From positions 2,728-66,727 of the forward strand of contig JAJRYB010000019.1 of the NCBI GenBank assembly GCA_024275995.1: a stretch of DNA of 64,000 nt, written 5' to 3'. The translations under genes were made by a program, and so were the position numbers. The DNA comes from Planctomycetota bacterium (GTDB lineage: Bacteria; Planctomycetota; Phycisphaerae; SM23-33). Within the stretch, counting starts at the first letter, position 1, and each line of letters starts with the position of its first letter. The notes beneath the pieces are model-generated. The model had not been told where the DNA came from. It worked only from the letters and a program-made list of their open reading frames with translations, and made no database searches. This document shows, piece after piece, positions 29,208 to 37,941 of the stretch.

Positions 29208-29221
29208 AAGGGAAATCGTCT

Positions 29222-29496
29222 TAGAGTCCCTAACAAAATGACCCGTGGCCGCGACGCGAGGAATTTTGTTCGCAGCCAAGGAACGAGGAGAATACGATGC
29301 CGTTTGCATCATTGACGACGAGTGACACAGGATGCGGGCAAAAGACCCGCGTCCCTTTGGGTTGCGGCGAAAATCGGCGTCTGCGTCGTCAGGACTCCTG
29401 GCAATACCGTAACGAGGTATGGCGTCGTCGCCCTTCCTCGCAGCCATCCGATTCTCGCCGCAACGCGACTCACGCGGCATTCTGTTAGGGACTCTC
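29222..29496. repeat. Intergenic segment of about 275 bp bounded by 19-bp inverted repeats (tagagtccctaacaaaatg and cattctgttagggactctc)
   Basis: Read directly, 17 of 19 complementary. The interior has further partial self-complementarity. It fills the gap between the rbfA stop and the ATG at 29498. Confidence 0.5.
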
Positions 29497-29497
29497 A

Positions 29498-30436
29498 ATG
29501 AAGAACGCCAGGAAATACGAGAAGAAGGTCAAGAAACTGCTCAGCGGCGCACCGAAGAAGCGCCCGGCGAGCCCCACCATCGTCGACCCTGTCCGTGTGC
29601 TGATCGAGGGCATCCTTCAGGCGGACGCCACGGACGCACAGGCAGCCGCGGCGATTGAGGCACTGGAGCAGGAATTCGTTGATTTCAACGAGCTGCGCGT
29701 CTGCCATATCAAGGAAATCGCCGAGCATTTCGGTAAGGACTTCCCTTCCGCCGGCGACAAGGCGGAAACGCTCAATAAGGCACTGAACGGGATTTTCCAC
29801 AAGGTCAGCAAGGTTTCCATGGATTACATGGCCGAGATGACCAAGCGAGATCTGAAGCGCCACCTGGCGGAACTGGGACTCGACAATTACGCGGTGGCGT
29901 ATGTGACGCTGATGGCGTTCGACGGGCACGCCATCCCGGTCGACCAGACACTGGTCGAGTGCCTGGAGATTGGCGAGTACATCCCGGCCTCCAGCAGCAT
30001 CGAAGACGTCCAGGGTTTCCTGGAGCGCATCGTCAGCCAGAAGAACGCCCTTTCCGCACACCGGGCGCTGAGGAAGTTCGTGGAAACCTCCTCCAAGGCT
30101 CTCGCAAGGAAACGCAAGGCGGACGAGAAACGTCGCATGAAAGAAGCCGCCGCCCGCGCCAAGGCGGAGCAAGAGGCTCGCGAGGCAGCAGAAAAGGTCA
30201 GGGTGGAAAAGGAACGCAAGAAGAAAGAGCGTCTCAAGGTCGAGAAGGCCAAAGCGAAGACCAAAAAAGCCAGGAAGACGGTGAAGAAGGTTGTGAAAAA
30301 GGTCGTGAAAAAGGTTGCGAAAAAGGCCGTGAAAAAAGTTCGCACCGGTGGGAAGGCCCGGCAGAAGGCTGCTCGCAAGCCGGTCGCGGCGAAGCGGAAA
30401 GTAGCGAAACACAAGAAAACGTCCTCCCGGAAATAA
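29498..30436 (+). CDS. HhH-GPD (endonuclease III-like) domain protein fused to a lysine/alanine-rich histone-H1-like C-terminal tail
   Basis: Residues about 35-190 align to the Nth/HhH-GPD fold (VLIEGILQADATD matches LIAVLLSAQATD; AELGLDNYAVAYV matches the HhH ALPGVGRKTANVV; IPVDQT matches IAVDTH). The catalytic lysine is replaced (LDNYA) while the aspartate is kept, and there is no Fe-S cysteine cluster. The C-terminal roughly 110 aa are KKVVKKVAKKAVKK-type repeats. Confidence 0.6.
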   Translation: MKNARKYEKKVKKLLSGAPKKRPASPTIVDPVRVLIEGILQADATDAQAAAAIEALEQEFVDFNELRVCHIKEIAEHFGKDFPSAGDKAETLNKALNGIFHKVSKVSMDYMAEMTKRDLKRHLAELGLDNYAVAYVTLMAFDGHAIPVDQTLVECLEIGEYIPASSSIEDVQGFLERIVSQKNALSAHRALRKFVETSSKALARKRKADEKRRMKEAAARAKAEQEAREAAEKVRVEKERKKKERLKVEKAKAKTKKARKTVKKVVKKVVKKVAKKAVKKVRTGGKARQKAARKPVAAKRKVAKHKKTSSRK

Positions 30437-30457
30437 GACCGACGGAAAGACATTCCC

Positions 30458-31345
30458 ATGGTGCACAAGACCGAAAATGACAAGCTCGTGCTGGGAATCC
30501 CCAAGGGTTCTCTCCAGGAAAGTACACTGAACCTGTTCGAAAGGGCGGGCTATTCGATCCGCGTATCTTCGCGGGGATACTTCCCCACGATCAACGACGA
30601 CCGGATGTCCGTGATCATGTTCCGGGCCCAGGAGATGAGCCGCTATGTCGAGGACAACGTCGTCGACGTCGGGCTGACCGGTTACGATTGGGTGCTGGAA
30701 AACGGTTCTGACATCGTCGAGGTGACGGACCTTCTGTACGCCAAACAGAAGCTCACGCCCGTCCGCTGGGTGCTGGCGGTTCCGGAAGAAAGCCCGGTCA
30801 CCAGGCCCGAGCAGCTTGACGGGGGGATCGTGGCGACGGAACTTCTCAACGTTACGAAGAAGTACTTCCAGGACAAGGGTCTGAACGTGAAGGTCGAGTT
30901 CAGTTGGGGCGCAACGGAAGTCAAGGCGCGCCTGCTGGACGCGATTGTCGACGTCACGGAGACCGGAAGCAGCCTGCGAGCGAACAAGCTTCGCGTGATC
31001 GACACGATCCTGACTTCCTCCACGCGCCTCATCGCCAGTAAAGAGGCCTTCGCCATCGACTGGAAATGCAGGAAGATCGAGAACATCGCCCTGCTTCTGA
31101 AAGGCGCCATCGAGGCGAGGGAGAAGGTCGGCCTGAAGATGAATGTACCCCGCAAGTCGCTCGAAGAAGTCGTCTCACTTCTCCCGGCTGAGAAAAGCCC
31201 CACCGTCTCCAGCCTCGCCGACGAGAACTGGGTTGCGATCGAGGTGATCGTGGAAGAGAAGATCGAGCGTGACCTTGTTCCGCAGCTCAAACGCGCCGGC
31301 GCCACGGGTATTATCACGTATCCGCTTAACAAGGTGATCCCCTGA
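30458..31345 (+). CDS. hisG: ATP phosphoribosyltransferase (long form)
   Basis: LVLGIPKGSLQE, VDVGLTGYDW and the C-terminal regulatory domain are present. Its stop overlaps the next start (TGATG). Confidence 0.9.
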   Translation: MVHKTENDKLVLGIPKGSLQESTLNLFERAGYSIRVSSRGYFPTINDDRMSVIMFRAQEMSRYVEDNVVDVGLTGYDWVLENGSDIVEVTDLLYAKQKLTPVRWVLAVPEESPVTRPEQLDGGIVATELLNVTKKYFQDKGLNVKVEFSWGATEVKARLLDAIVDVTETGSSLRANKLRVIDTILTSSTRLIASKEAFAIDWKCRKIENIALLLKGAIEAREKVGLKMNVPRKSLEEVVSLLPAEKSPTVSSLADENWVAIEVIVEEKIERDLVPQLKRAGATGIITYPLNKVIP

Positions 31346-34300
31346 TGCCAAATGCAGGACCACGTCCGTTTATTTTTTTGGCGGGCTTATTTGCCGCCGC
31401 GACGCTCGTCTTTGTAACGGGATGCGAGCCCAAAGAGCCCAAAACAACCTCCGCGCCGCAGGTCAGTCCGGAGACGATGCCGGCCGAGGCGACTGTCCCG
31501 CTCGATCAGTTGATGCCGCCCATCCCCACCCCTTCCCCCGCGAAAGAGGTCGAAAAGCTTCCGACCCAGGCGCAAAAGACCGTCGAACAGGCCGAGGCAC
31601 TGCTCGCCAAAGGCAAGCACGCCCAGGCGATGGCGAAGTTCGAACGTGCCGTCGGATTCGCCCCGAACAGCGCGCGTATCCGTCGCGGACTCGCCCTTGC
31701 CTACTGGGGCATGGAGAACTACGGAAAGGCGCAGGAGAACCTGGAAAAAGCCCTGAAAGTCGCACCCGACGATCAGAAGGCGCAACTGCTCCTGGGACAA
31801 CTTTACGCCGGACAGAAACAGTATGCCGACGCCATTCGGGCGTATCGCACCGCGCTTGTGTGCTCGGGGGCCGCGGAGAACGACTCTCTTACCGGTGAGG
31901 CGATGTTCCGCCTGGGAGTAATACTGGGACGCGAGGGATATTACCGGGCGGCATTGGACAGCTATACGCGCCTGGGCGCTCTTATCGAAAAACACGGGCG
32001 GCTCCTGGCGGACAATCCAGCCCTCAAACCACTGGTCCTGGAACCGGCGCGCCTCTTTACCGAACGTGGCCGCCTGCTCATGAAGCTTCATCGGCCCGAG
32101 GAGGCGGCAAAGCTGCTGGCCCGCGCTCACAAGCGGGACCGCACGAATTTGCGAACCGCCCGTCTGCTCATGACGGCGACGATTGCCTCCGATCGGCCGG
32201 ACCGTGCGGAAAAACTGCTTATCGAGATGGCGGCGGTGCCTGCGCAACGTCCGCAGCTGCAGGTCTTCGTCGAGGCCCTGGTCGCCAAGACGAAAGACTT
32301 CTCACTTCCGCGCCGCTTCTGGCGCGCCTGCCGCGAGAAGAACGTCATGACGCCGTCGCTGGCGCTTGCCCTGGCGTCGCTGGCGGAAAGCGCCGGTTCG
32401 CGCGACGAGGCGTCGGAAATACTCAAGGTCCTGCTCGATGAGAACCCATCCAACGTCGCCGCCGCTCGCATGCTCGTGCGGATGTACGCACAGAACGGCA
32501 AGGCGGACAAGGCGATGGGGCTGCTGGCGCGAACGATAGCCGACAATCCAGCCGCCACGCAGACCGTCCGGGGAGGCCTGAACGAACTGGTCTCGATCGG
32601 TCTTGCAGATGATTTCGAACGCCGCTTCGCCCAGTCCATCGAGGGCGAAAAGCTGGAAATCCGACACGCTTTGCGCTACGTGACGGGCGTTCTGGCGGCG
32701 CGCCGTGGTAAAAAACTCCTCGCGACGCGACAGTTCCAGCGATCGATCGACCTGCTGGAAAACTTCCTGCCGCCATACGACGCACTGATGGACATTTACG
32801 TCCAGCGGGGACGTCGGGATCAGGCCACCGCCCTGCTGAAGCGCATCAGGAAACTCGGCGGAAAGGGCTACTTTTATCCGTACGCCCAGGGGAAGGCTGC
32901 TCTTGGTGACGGTCGTCTGGCGACGGCGATGGAGAAGCTCAAGCTCGCCCACAAACGGAACAAACGCCACCTGCCGACGGTAATGCTTCTGGCGAAGGCT
33001 TATGTCCGCTCGGGACAACCCAAGCAGGCGACGGACGTTTTGTTCAGGGCGATTCAGGACAATCCGGACGAAGTGGAAGTCTACCGCCGATTGTTCGACC
33101 TGTGCATGACGGGGCGCAACTACCAGGCGGCGACCGCCGTCGCAAGCAGGCTCCTCCAGCGCCAGCCCGGTAACGCCAACGGACGGATTATGCAGGCGCG
33201 AGTGAGCATCGCACGAGGTAATCGTGACGAGGCGAAGAAGATCCTGGACGAGATACTCCGAAAGGCGCCCGCGAACGCCGAGGCGAAAATCCTGTCGTTG
33301 AAAACGAACCTGAACCTTTCCGGAGGGATGCTCTTTCGCAGGGATTACGATTCAGCCGTCAAAACGCTCGATAAAATCGTCCGCATGGACCCGCGCAACA
33401 CCGACGCGCGTCGCCTTCTGATCGAATTGCATTTCAGCGCAGGACTGTTCGATCGGGCGGCGGTGTCGCTCGCACAATTGCACCAGGCGACGCCCCGCGA
33501 TACGGCGACGATGCGGGCTTACGTCCTGGCCCTCATGCGCTCCGGGGAGTACAAGTCGGCCAGGCAGGTAATCGCAGACGCACTGAAGCAAAACGGTGAC
33601 GACGCCATTTTGCGACGAAGCATGATCCGTGTCCTGGGGAGACTGGACGAACACAAAAAGGCGGTCGGACTGGTTAAGGAATGGCTGGGAAAGACAACCA
33701 GCAACCCGTCGAAGCAGCTTCTTCGCCTGACACTGCTGGAGGTTCTTACGCGCGACGAAAAGTACGATGCCGCGACGGTAGTGCTGGACGACTGGTACGC
33801 CGAGAGCAACGATGACAGTCAAAAGCGGGCCTTGAAGATCGAGAAGGCGCGACTGCTCACCGAGGCGAAGAAATACGACGAGGCTCAGAAGTTGCTGGAC
33901 AAGATGATCGCCGGGGAAAAGAACCCGAAAAATCTCCGTCGCCTTCGCCTCCGCAAAGCGAGGACGTTCGGGCTGGATAAGGAATTCGCCGAGGCGCATA
34001 AGATTCTCGATGCGCTGATCGAAGATGCGGACGCGGACGCAGAGGAAGAGGAAATCGCGCGTTCGACGAAACTCGTCATGTACGCCCAGGCGAAGGACTT
34101 CGCAAAAGCGGAGGAATTCGCCAGCCGGTGGATGACCGAATCGCCCGATTCGTTGACGCCGCAACAGATGCTGGTAGCTATCTTCGTGGATGCGGAAAAA
34201 TACGCCGAGGCGCTCGAGCACGTCGCAAAGTGGACGCCGAAAGAAGGCGCGACGAGCAGGCCTGCGAAGCTCGACAAGGTCCAGCTATGGGCCTGCGAAA

Positions 34301-34992
34301 TGCGCGTCCGCCTGCTCATGATGCAGCGCAAGTTCAAGGTCGCCCTGGAACTCGCCGAAAACTACGCGAAACTAGCGCCGAAAAACTACGAATTGCTCGG
34401 GCTTGCCTCTTCGTGCCTCTCGGAACTGGGACGACACAAAGAGGCGATCAGCATGATGGAAAAGTCGCTCGATGTAGTCACGGCCAGGCTGCGCAGCGAG
34501 CGCGACGGCAAGAAACGCCGCATGCTCGGAATGGACGTCGCATCGACGCAGAACAACCTTGGGTACATGTACGCCGAGCGGGGCGTGAACCTCAAGAAGG
34601 CCCAGGAGCTTCTGAGCAAGTGTCTGCTGGTCCGGCCGGAGATTACCGCCTACCAGGACTCGATGGCGTGGATTCACTACATGCAGGGCAGGTTCCGCGA
34701 ATCGGGACGGAGGCTGCAACGCCTGGTCGAGCGGAAAGAGGACGAGAATTCGCCTGAGCATCCGGTCATATACGATCACGCCGGGGACGTGTTTTACAGG
34801 CTCGGCTGGACCGGCAAAGCGCTGGCGATGTGGAAACGTGCGGCCGAGTTGGGCAAGAAAGACAAGAAACCTTCCCCGGACACCAGGCGATTGCTGAAAA
34901 CGCTGCCGGACAAGATTCGCGATTTCAAGCGCGGTCGTCGCCCCGAAGTCGCACCCACCGCAGAGGAAATGCAGTCGCGGAACAAGAAGTAG
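31345..34992 (+). CDS. Large TPR-repeat lipoprotein (1215 aa)
   Basis: Lipoprotein signal MPNAGPRPFIFLAGLFAAATLVFVTGC. TPR-like repeats run throughout (ALAYWGMENYGKAQENLEKALKV, and others). Confidence 0.7.
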   Translation: MPNAGPRPFIFLAGLFAAATLVFVTGCEPKEPKTTSAPQVSPETMPAEATVPLDQLMPPIPTPSPAKEVEKLPTQAQKTVEQAEALLAKGKHAQAMAKFERAVGFAPNSARIRRGLALAYWGMENYGKAQENLEKALKVAPDDQKAQLLLGQLYAGQKQYADAIRAYRTALVCSGAAENDSLTGEAMFRLGVILGREGYYRAALDSYTRLGALIEKHGRLLADNPALKPLVLEPARLFTERGRLLMKLHRPEEAAKLLARAHKRDRTNLRTARLLMTATIASDRPDRAEKLLIEMAAVPAQRPQLQVFVEALVAKTKDFSLPRRFWRACREKNVMTPSLALALASLAESAGSRDEASEILKVLLDENPSNVAAARMLVRMYAQNGKADKAMGLLARTIADNPAATQTVRGGLNELVSIGLADDFERRFAQSIEGEKLEIRHALRYVTGVLAARRGKKLLATRQFQRSIDLLENFLPPYDALMDIYVQRGRRDQATALLKRIRKLGGKGYFYPYAQGKAALGDGRLATAMEKLKLAHKRNKRHLPTVMLLAKAYVRSGQPKQATDVLFRAIQDNPDEVEVYRRLFDLCMTGRNYQAATAVASRLLQRQPGNANGRIMQARVSIARGNRDEAKKILDEILRKAPANAEAKILSLKTNLNLSGGMLFRRDYDSAVKTLDKIVRMDPRNTDARRLLIELHFSAGLFDRAAVSLAQLHQATPRDTATMRAYVLALMRSGEYKSARQVIADALKQNGDDAILRRSMIRVLGRLDEHKKAVGLVKEWLGKTTSNPSKQLLRLTLLEVLTRDEKYDAATVVLDDWYAESNDDSQKRALKIEKARLLTEAKKYDEAQKLLDKMIAGEKNPKNLRRLRLRKARTFGLDKEFAEAHKILDALIEDADADAEEEEIARSTKLVMYAQAKDFAKAEEFASRWMTESPDSLTPQQMLVAIFVDAEKYAEALEHVAKWTPKEGATSRPAKLDKVQLWACEMRVRLLMMQRKFKVALELAENYAKLAPKNYELLGLASSCLSELGRHKEAISMMEKSLDVVTARLRSERDGKKRRMLGMDVASTQNNLGYMYAERGVNLKKAQELLSKCLLVRPEITAYQDSMAWIHYMQGRFRESGRRLQRLVERKEDENSPEHPVIYDHAGDVFYRLGWTGKALAMWKRAAELGKKDKKPSPDTRRLLKTLPDKIRDFKRGRRPEVAPTAEEMQSRNKK

Positions 34993-35012
34993 ACGCAAAG
35001 GAGACAGAGGAG

Positions 35013-35765
35013 ATGTCGGGACATTCCCATTGGGCGAAAATCAAGCGGGCCAAGGCGTCCACCGACGCCAAACGCGGACGAATCTGGAGCAAGCTGGCGC
35101 GCAGAATCATCGTAGCCGCCAAGAGCGGCGGCAATCCGGACGACAACCTCCAGCTTCGATACGCCATTGACGACGCCAAGAGCGCCAACATGCCCAACGA
35201 CACGATCACCAAGGCGATCAAGAAGGGCACGGGCGAGCTGGGCGCCGCGAACTACGAGCAGGTCCTGTACGAGGGATACGGGCCCGGCGGGGTGGCGTTC
35301 CTTGTCGATAGCCTCACGGACAACCGCAACCGGACCGCGCCGGACATGCGGAAGCTATTCGAACGGGCCGGCGGGCAACTCGGCGCAAGCGGGTGCGTCG
35401 CGTGGATGTTCGAGCAGAAAGGCACTTTCGTCGTCTCATCAGAAGCAGCGGACGAGGAGACGCTCATGGAGATCGCCCTGGAAGCCGGCGCCGACGACGT
35501 GACGGCAGAGGGCGACATGTTCGAGATCATCTGCCGACCGGCCTCGTTTTCCGAGGTGAAGGCGGCGCTGGCAGGCAGGGAAATCGAAACCGTCTCCGCG
35601 GAGGTGGCGATGGTCCCGAAGAACCGCGTCACCGTCGATGCGAACGTCGCACGGAAGGTCCTGGCCCTCATGGAAGCGATGGAAGACCACGACGACGTGC
35701 AGAACGTCTTCGCTAATTTCGATATTCCAGACGAAATCCTCGCCGAGGCGGATGCGGACGGATGA
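35013..35765 (+). CDS. yebC: YebC/PmpR family DNA-binding transcriptional regulator
   Basis: MSGHSHWAKIKRAKASTDAKRGRIWSKLARRIIVAAKSGG...YEGYGPGGVA is the canonical YebC. RBS AAAGGAGACAGAGGAG. The ORF opens upstream at 34830. Confidence 0.9.
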   Translation: MSGHSHWAKIKRAKASTDAKRGRIWSKLARRIIVAAKSGGNPDDNLQLRYAIDDAKSANMPNDTITKAIKKGTGELGAANYEQVLYEGYGPGGVAFLVDSLTDNRNRTAPDMRKLFERAGGQLGASGCVAWMFEQKGTFVVSSEAADEETLMEIALEAGADDVTAEGDMFEIICRPASFSEVKAALAGREIETVSAEVAMVPKNRVTVDANVARKVLALMEAMEDHDDVQNVFANFDIPDEILAEADADG

Positions 35766-35815
35766 AACCCGCCGGACGCCCCGGGCCATGACGACATGAC
35801 AAAAACTTTCATCTC

Positions 35816-36313
35816 ATGAAAATCGGAATTGTATCTGACACGCATGGCCGCGCTAATCGCCTCCGCGAGGCGATGGACGCCTTCAGGCAGCGCCACGTCG
35901 AGGCGATTGTTCACTGCGGGGACATCGGCTCGCATGATTGTGCGAAAATTCTTGGTTCGAGCACCGCCAAAGCCTACGCCGTCGCCGGAAACATGGATCG
36001 CAACACAGCCCGATTGGCGAGGGAAGCGAAAGCGGCGGGGGTTACGCTGTCATGGGAGGTCGTCGAAGTCCCCCTCGGAAACGGCCGGGCACTCGCAGCC
36101 ACGCACGGACACGATGGGAAAATCCTCTCCGAACTGGTCCGCTGCGGACAGTTTCCTTACGTCTGCCACGGACATACACACGAAAGCAGGGACGAGCAAA
36201 TCGGACCGGTGCGCGTGATCAATCCTGGCGCTCTGCACAACTCAGCCGTCCACACCATCGCCGTGCTGGACACGCAGACGGATACGCTGGAGAGCATCGA
36301 ACTGAAACGCTGA
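35816..36313 (+). CDS. Metallophosphoesterase (YfcE/MJ0936 family phosphodiesterase)
   Basis: MKIGIVSDTHG, GDIG, and GH.H metal-binding motifs (ATHGHDG, CHGHTHE) are present. Confidence 0.8.
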   Translation: MKIGIVSDTHGRANRLREAMDAFRQRHVEAIVHCGDIGSHDCAKILGSSTAKAYAVAGNMDRNTARLAREAKAAGVTLSWEVVEVPLGNGRALAATHGHDGKILSELVRCGQFPYVCHGHTHESRDEQIGPVRVINPGALHNSAVHTIAVLDTQTDTLESIELKR

Positions 36314-36352
36314 CGGGGGCAGTACAGCCTTTCCATGCCGTCACGCCGAAAT

Positions 36353-37171
36353 TTATTCCATCCCGTTTTCTTCGCGTTCGAGGCTGAAATATTTGTTCTT
36401 GATCCCGTAGGCAGCTTCGCCTTCGCCGCGTGCGAGCGAGATCAGGATGGACCCGCTCGGCAGCTTCCCGCCGTGGGCTTTGGTGCCAAGCGCCAAAAGG
36501 TAGTTCACCCAACGATCGTTCGGCATCATGCAATCGTGGCGTGCATACTGAATGATACCGACGGAATTGAAAGGTTCGTTCCGCGGGTCCGGCACGTCGA
36601 CAAGCGGTTTCGTGAAAACCAGCCAACGTTCGCGCCGCCCAAGGGGATGCATCCCGAAAGCAATATTCTGCTTTCCGTTCAGGGTTTCCCGGCTGATCGC
36701 ATCGTCGGATCGATGCGGCCAGGTTGCGTTGATTACGGAAGGTGGTTCGAATCCCGTGGTGAAATAGGTCAGTACTTGTGAACGCGCCTGCCATATGCCG
36801 ATAAAAACGTATTCCGATCCGATTTCACGATCCAGCGTTCGCAGAAAATTCGTAGCGGCTTCCCGCGGATCGGACGATTCTCCGAAGGCCTGGCTGAACT
36901 CGCGCCTGACGTTCTCCCCGGCTGATTCGTCGAAAGGGTACAGGACAACGATTCCCGTTACGTCCTCTGCCAGCGACAGCGAAAAACAACCCGTCCGCGA
37001 GGTGTCGTCCTTACCGAAACCGACCGCCACTTGCAGGCCCGGCAGGTGCTCCTCGCGCAGGATCAGCCCGGGGTGGTGGGCACCGGCCAGATCTGGCACG
37101 GCGATAGGGGCCTTGGTCTCGTGTCCCTGCGACGTTTCTCTCTTCATGGAACCTGTTTCGTGACTGGCCAT
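36353..37171 (-). CDS. Hypothetical protein (272 aa), no confident family assignment
   Basis: ORF with coding-like composition. The start is uncertain (M1 or M9). Confidence 0.4.
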   Translation of the reverse strand: MASHETGSMKRETSQGHETKAPIAVPDLAGAHHPGLILREEHLPGLQVAVGFGKDDTSRTGCFSLSLAEDVTGIVVLYPFDESAGENVRREFSQAFGESSDPREAATNFLRTLDREIGSEYVFIGIWQARSQVLTYFTTGFEPPSVINATWPHRSDDAISRETLNGKQNIAFGMHPLGRRERWLVFTKPLVDVPDPRNEPFNSVGIIQYARHDCMMPNDRWVNYLLALGTKAHGGKLPSGSILISLARGEGEAAYGIKNKYFSLEREENGME

Positions 37172-37380
37172 GATCGGTCTCCTTTACCGAGCGGTTTGCT
37201 CACACTTGACATAACGTCCCACACTTGAAACGAGTTCCTCAATTACATACGGAACCACCGATCGTCTCGAATCGTTTTTATGGAGGAAGTATGAAGCTGC
37301 GTCGAGGTGTGATGGTCCGTTCGTTACGATGCTGTGCGGTACACCCTCGGCAATCGAACCTGAAGACAGGGAGACGAATC

Positions 37381-37941
37381 ATGCGATACGCGATATGTCT
37401 GACGGCGATTACATTTGTAGTCCTGTTGGCGTCCGGCTGCGGGAAATCGGAACCGGTCGGCGGCGTTGTGGGGCTGTATGAAAAAGCCCGCGTCGAGTCT
37501 CTCGCGCCTGACATCCCGTTTACTTCCATTTCCGGTAAACAGAGGATGCTTCACCGCGTAAGCCAACCCATCGAGATACTCGCCTTCGTCAGTTCGCCCG
37601 GCGATATTTGTTGCCGCCTCGAGCCTGCCCTGGTCACGGCGGCCAGCCGGTTCCGATCGCTGCCCGTTTCGGTGATACAGGTGTCGGTCCCCGAGGGTCA
37701 ATGCCCACATGGTCCGGGATGCACCGAGACCTGCAATATCGACAAGGGACGCCTCATATCGTTATGCGATCCGGACCGCATCGCGTGGAAGGCCTATGGC
37801 CAGGCGGCGCCTGACAGCGTTTTTCTCGTCGGAGAGAACCGGAGGATCATTCAGCGGGGAACGTTGGATTCCATCGGTCCGATCCTTGAAAAGGCCGAAG
37901 CGCTCGGCAGAGCTGTCCAAAAACGTTACGAGGGCGGCTAG
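37381..37941 (+). CDS. Lipoprotein with a possible thioredoxin-like/redoxin fold, having vicinal CC in place of CxxC (the ORF opens at 37225)
   Basis: Signal and lipobox MRYAICLTAITFVVLLASGC. The pattern FTSISGKQRMLHRVSQPIEILAFVSSPGDICCRLEPALV resembles the redoxin N-terminal beta-alpha region, but the similarity is weak. Confidence 0.4.
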   Translation: MRYAICLTAITFVVLLASGCGKSEPVGGVVGLYEKARVESLAPDIPFTSISGKQRMLHRVSQPIEILAFVSSPGDICCRLEPALVTAASRFRSLPVSVIQVSVPEGQCPHGPGCTETCNIDKGRLISLCDPDRIAWKAYGQAAPDSVFLVGENRRIIQRGTLDSIGPILEKAEALGRAVQKRYEGG

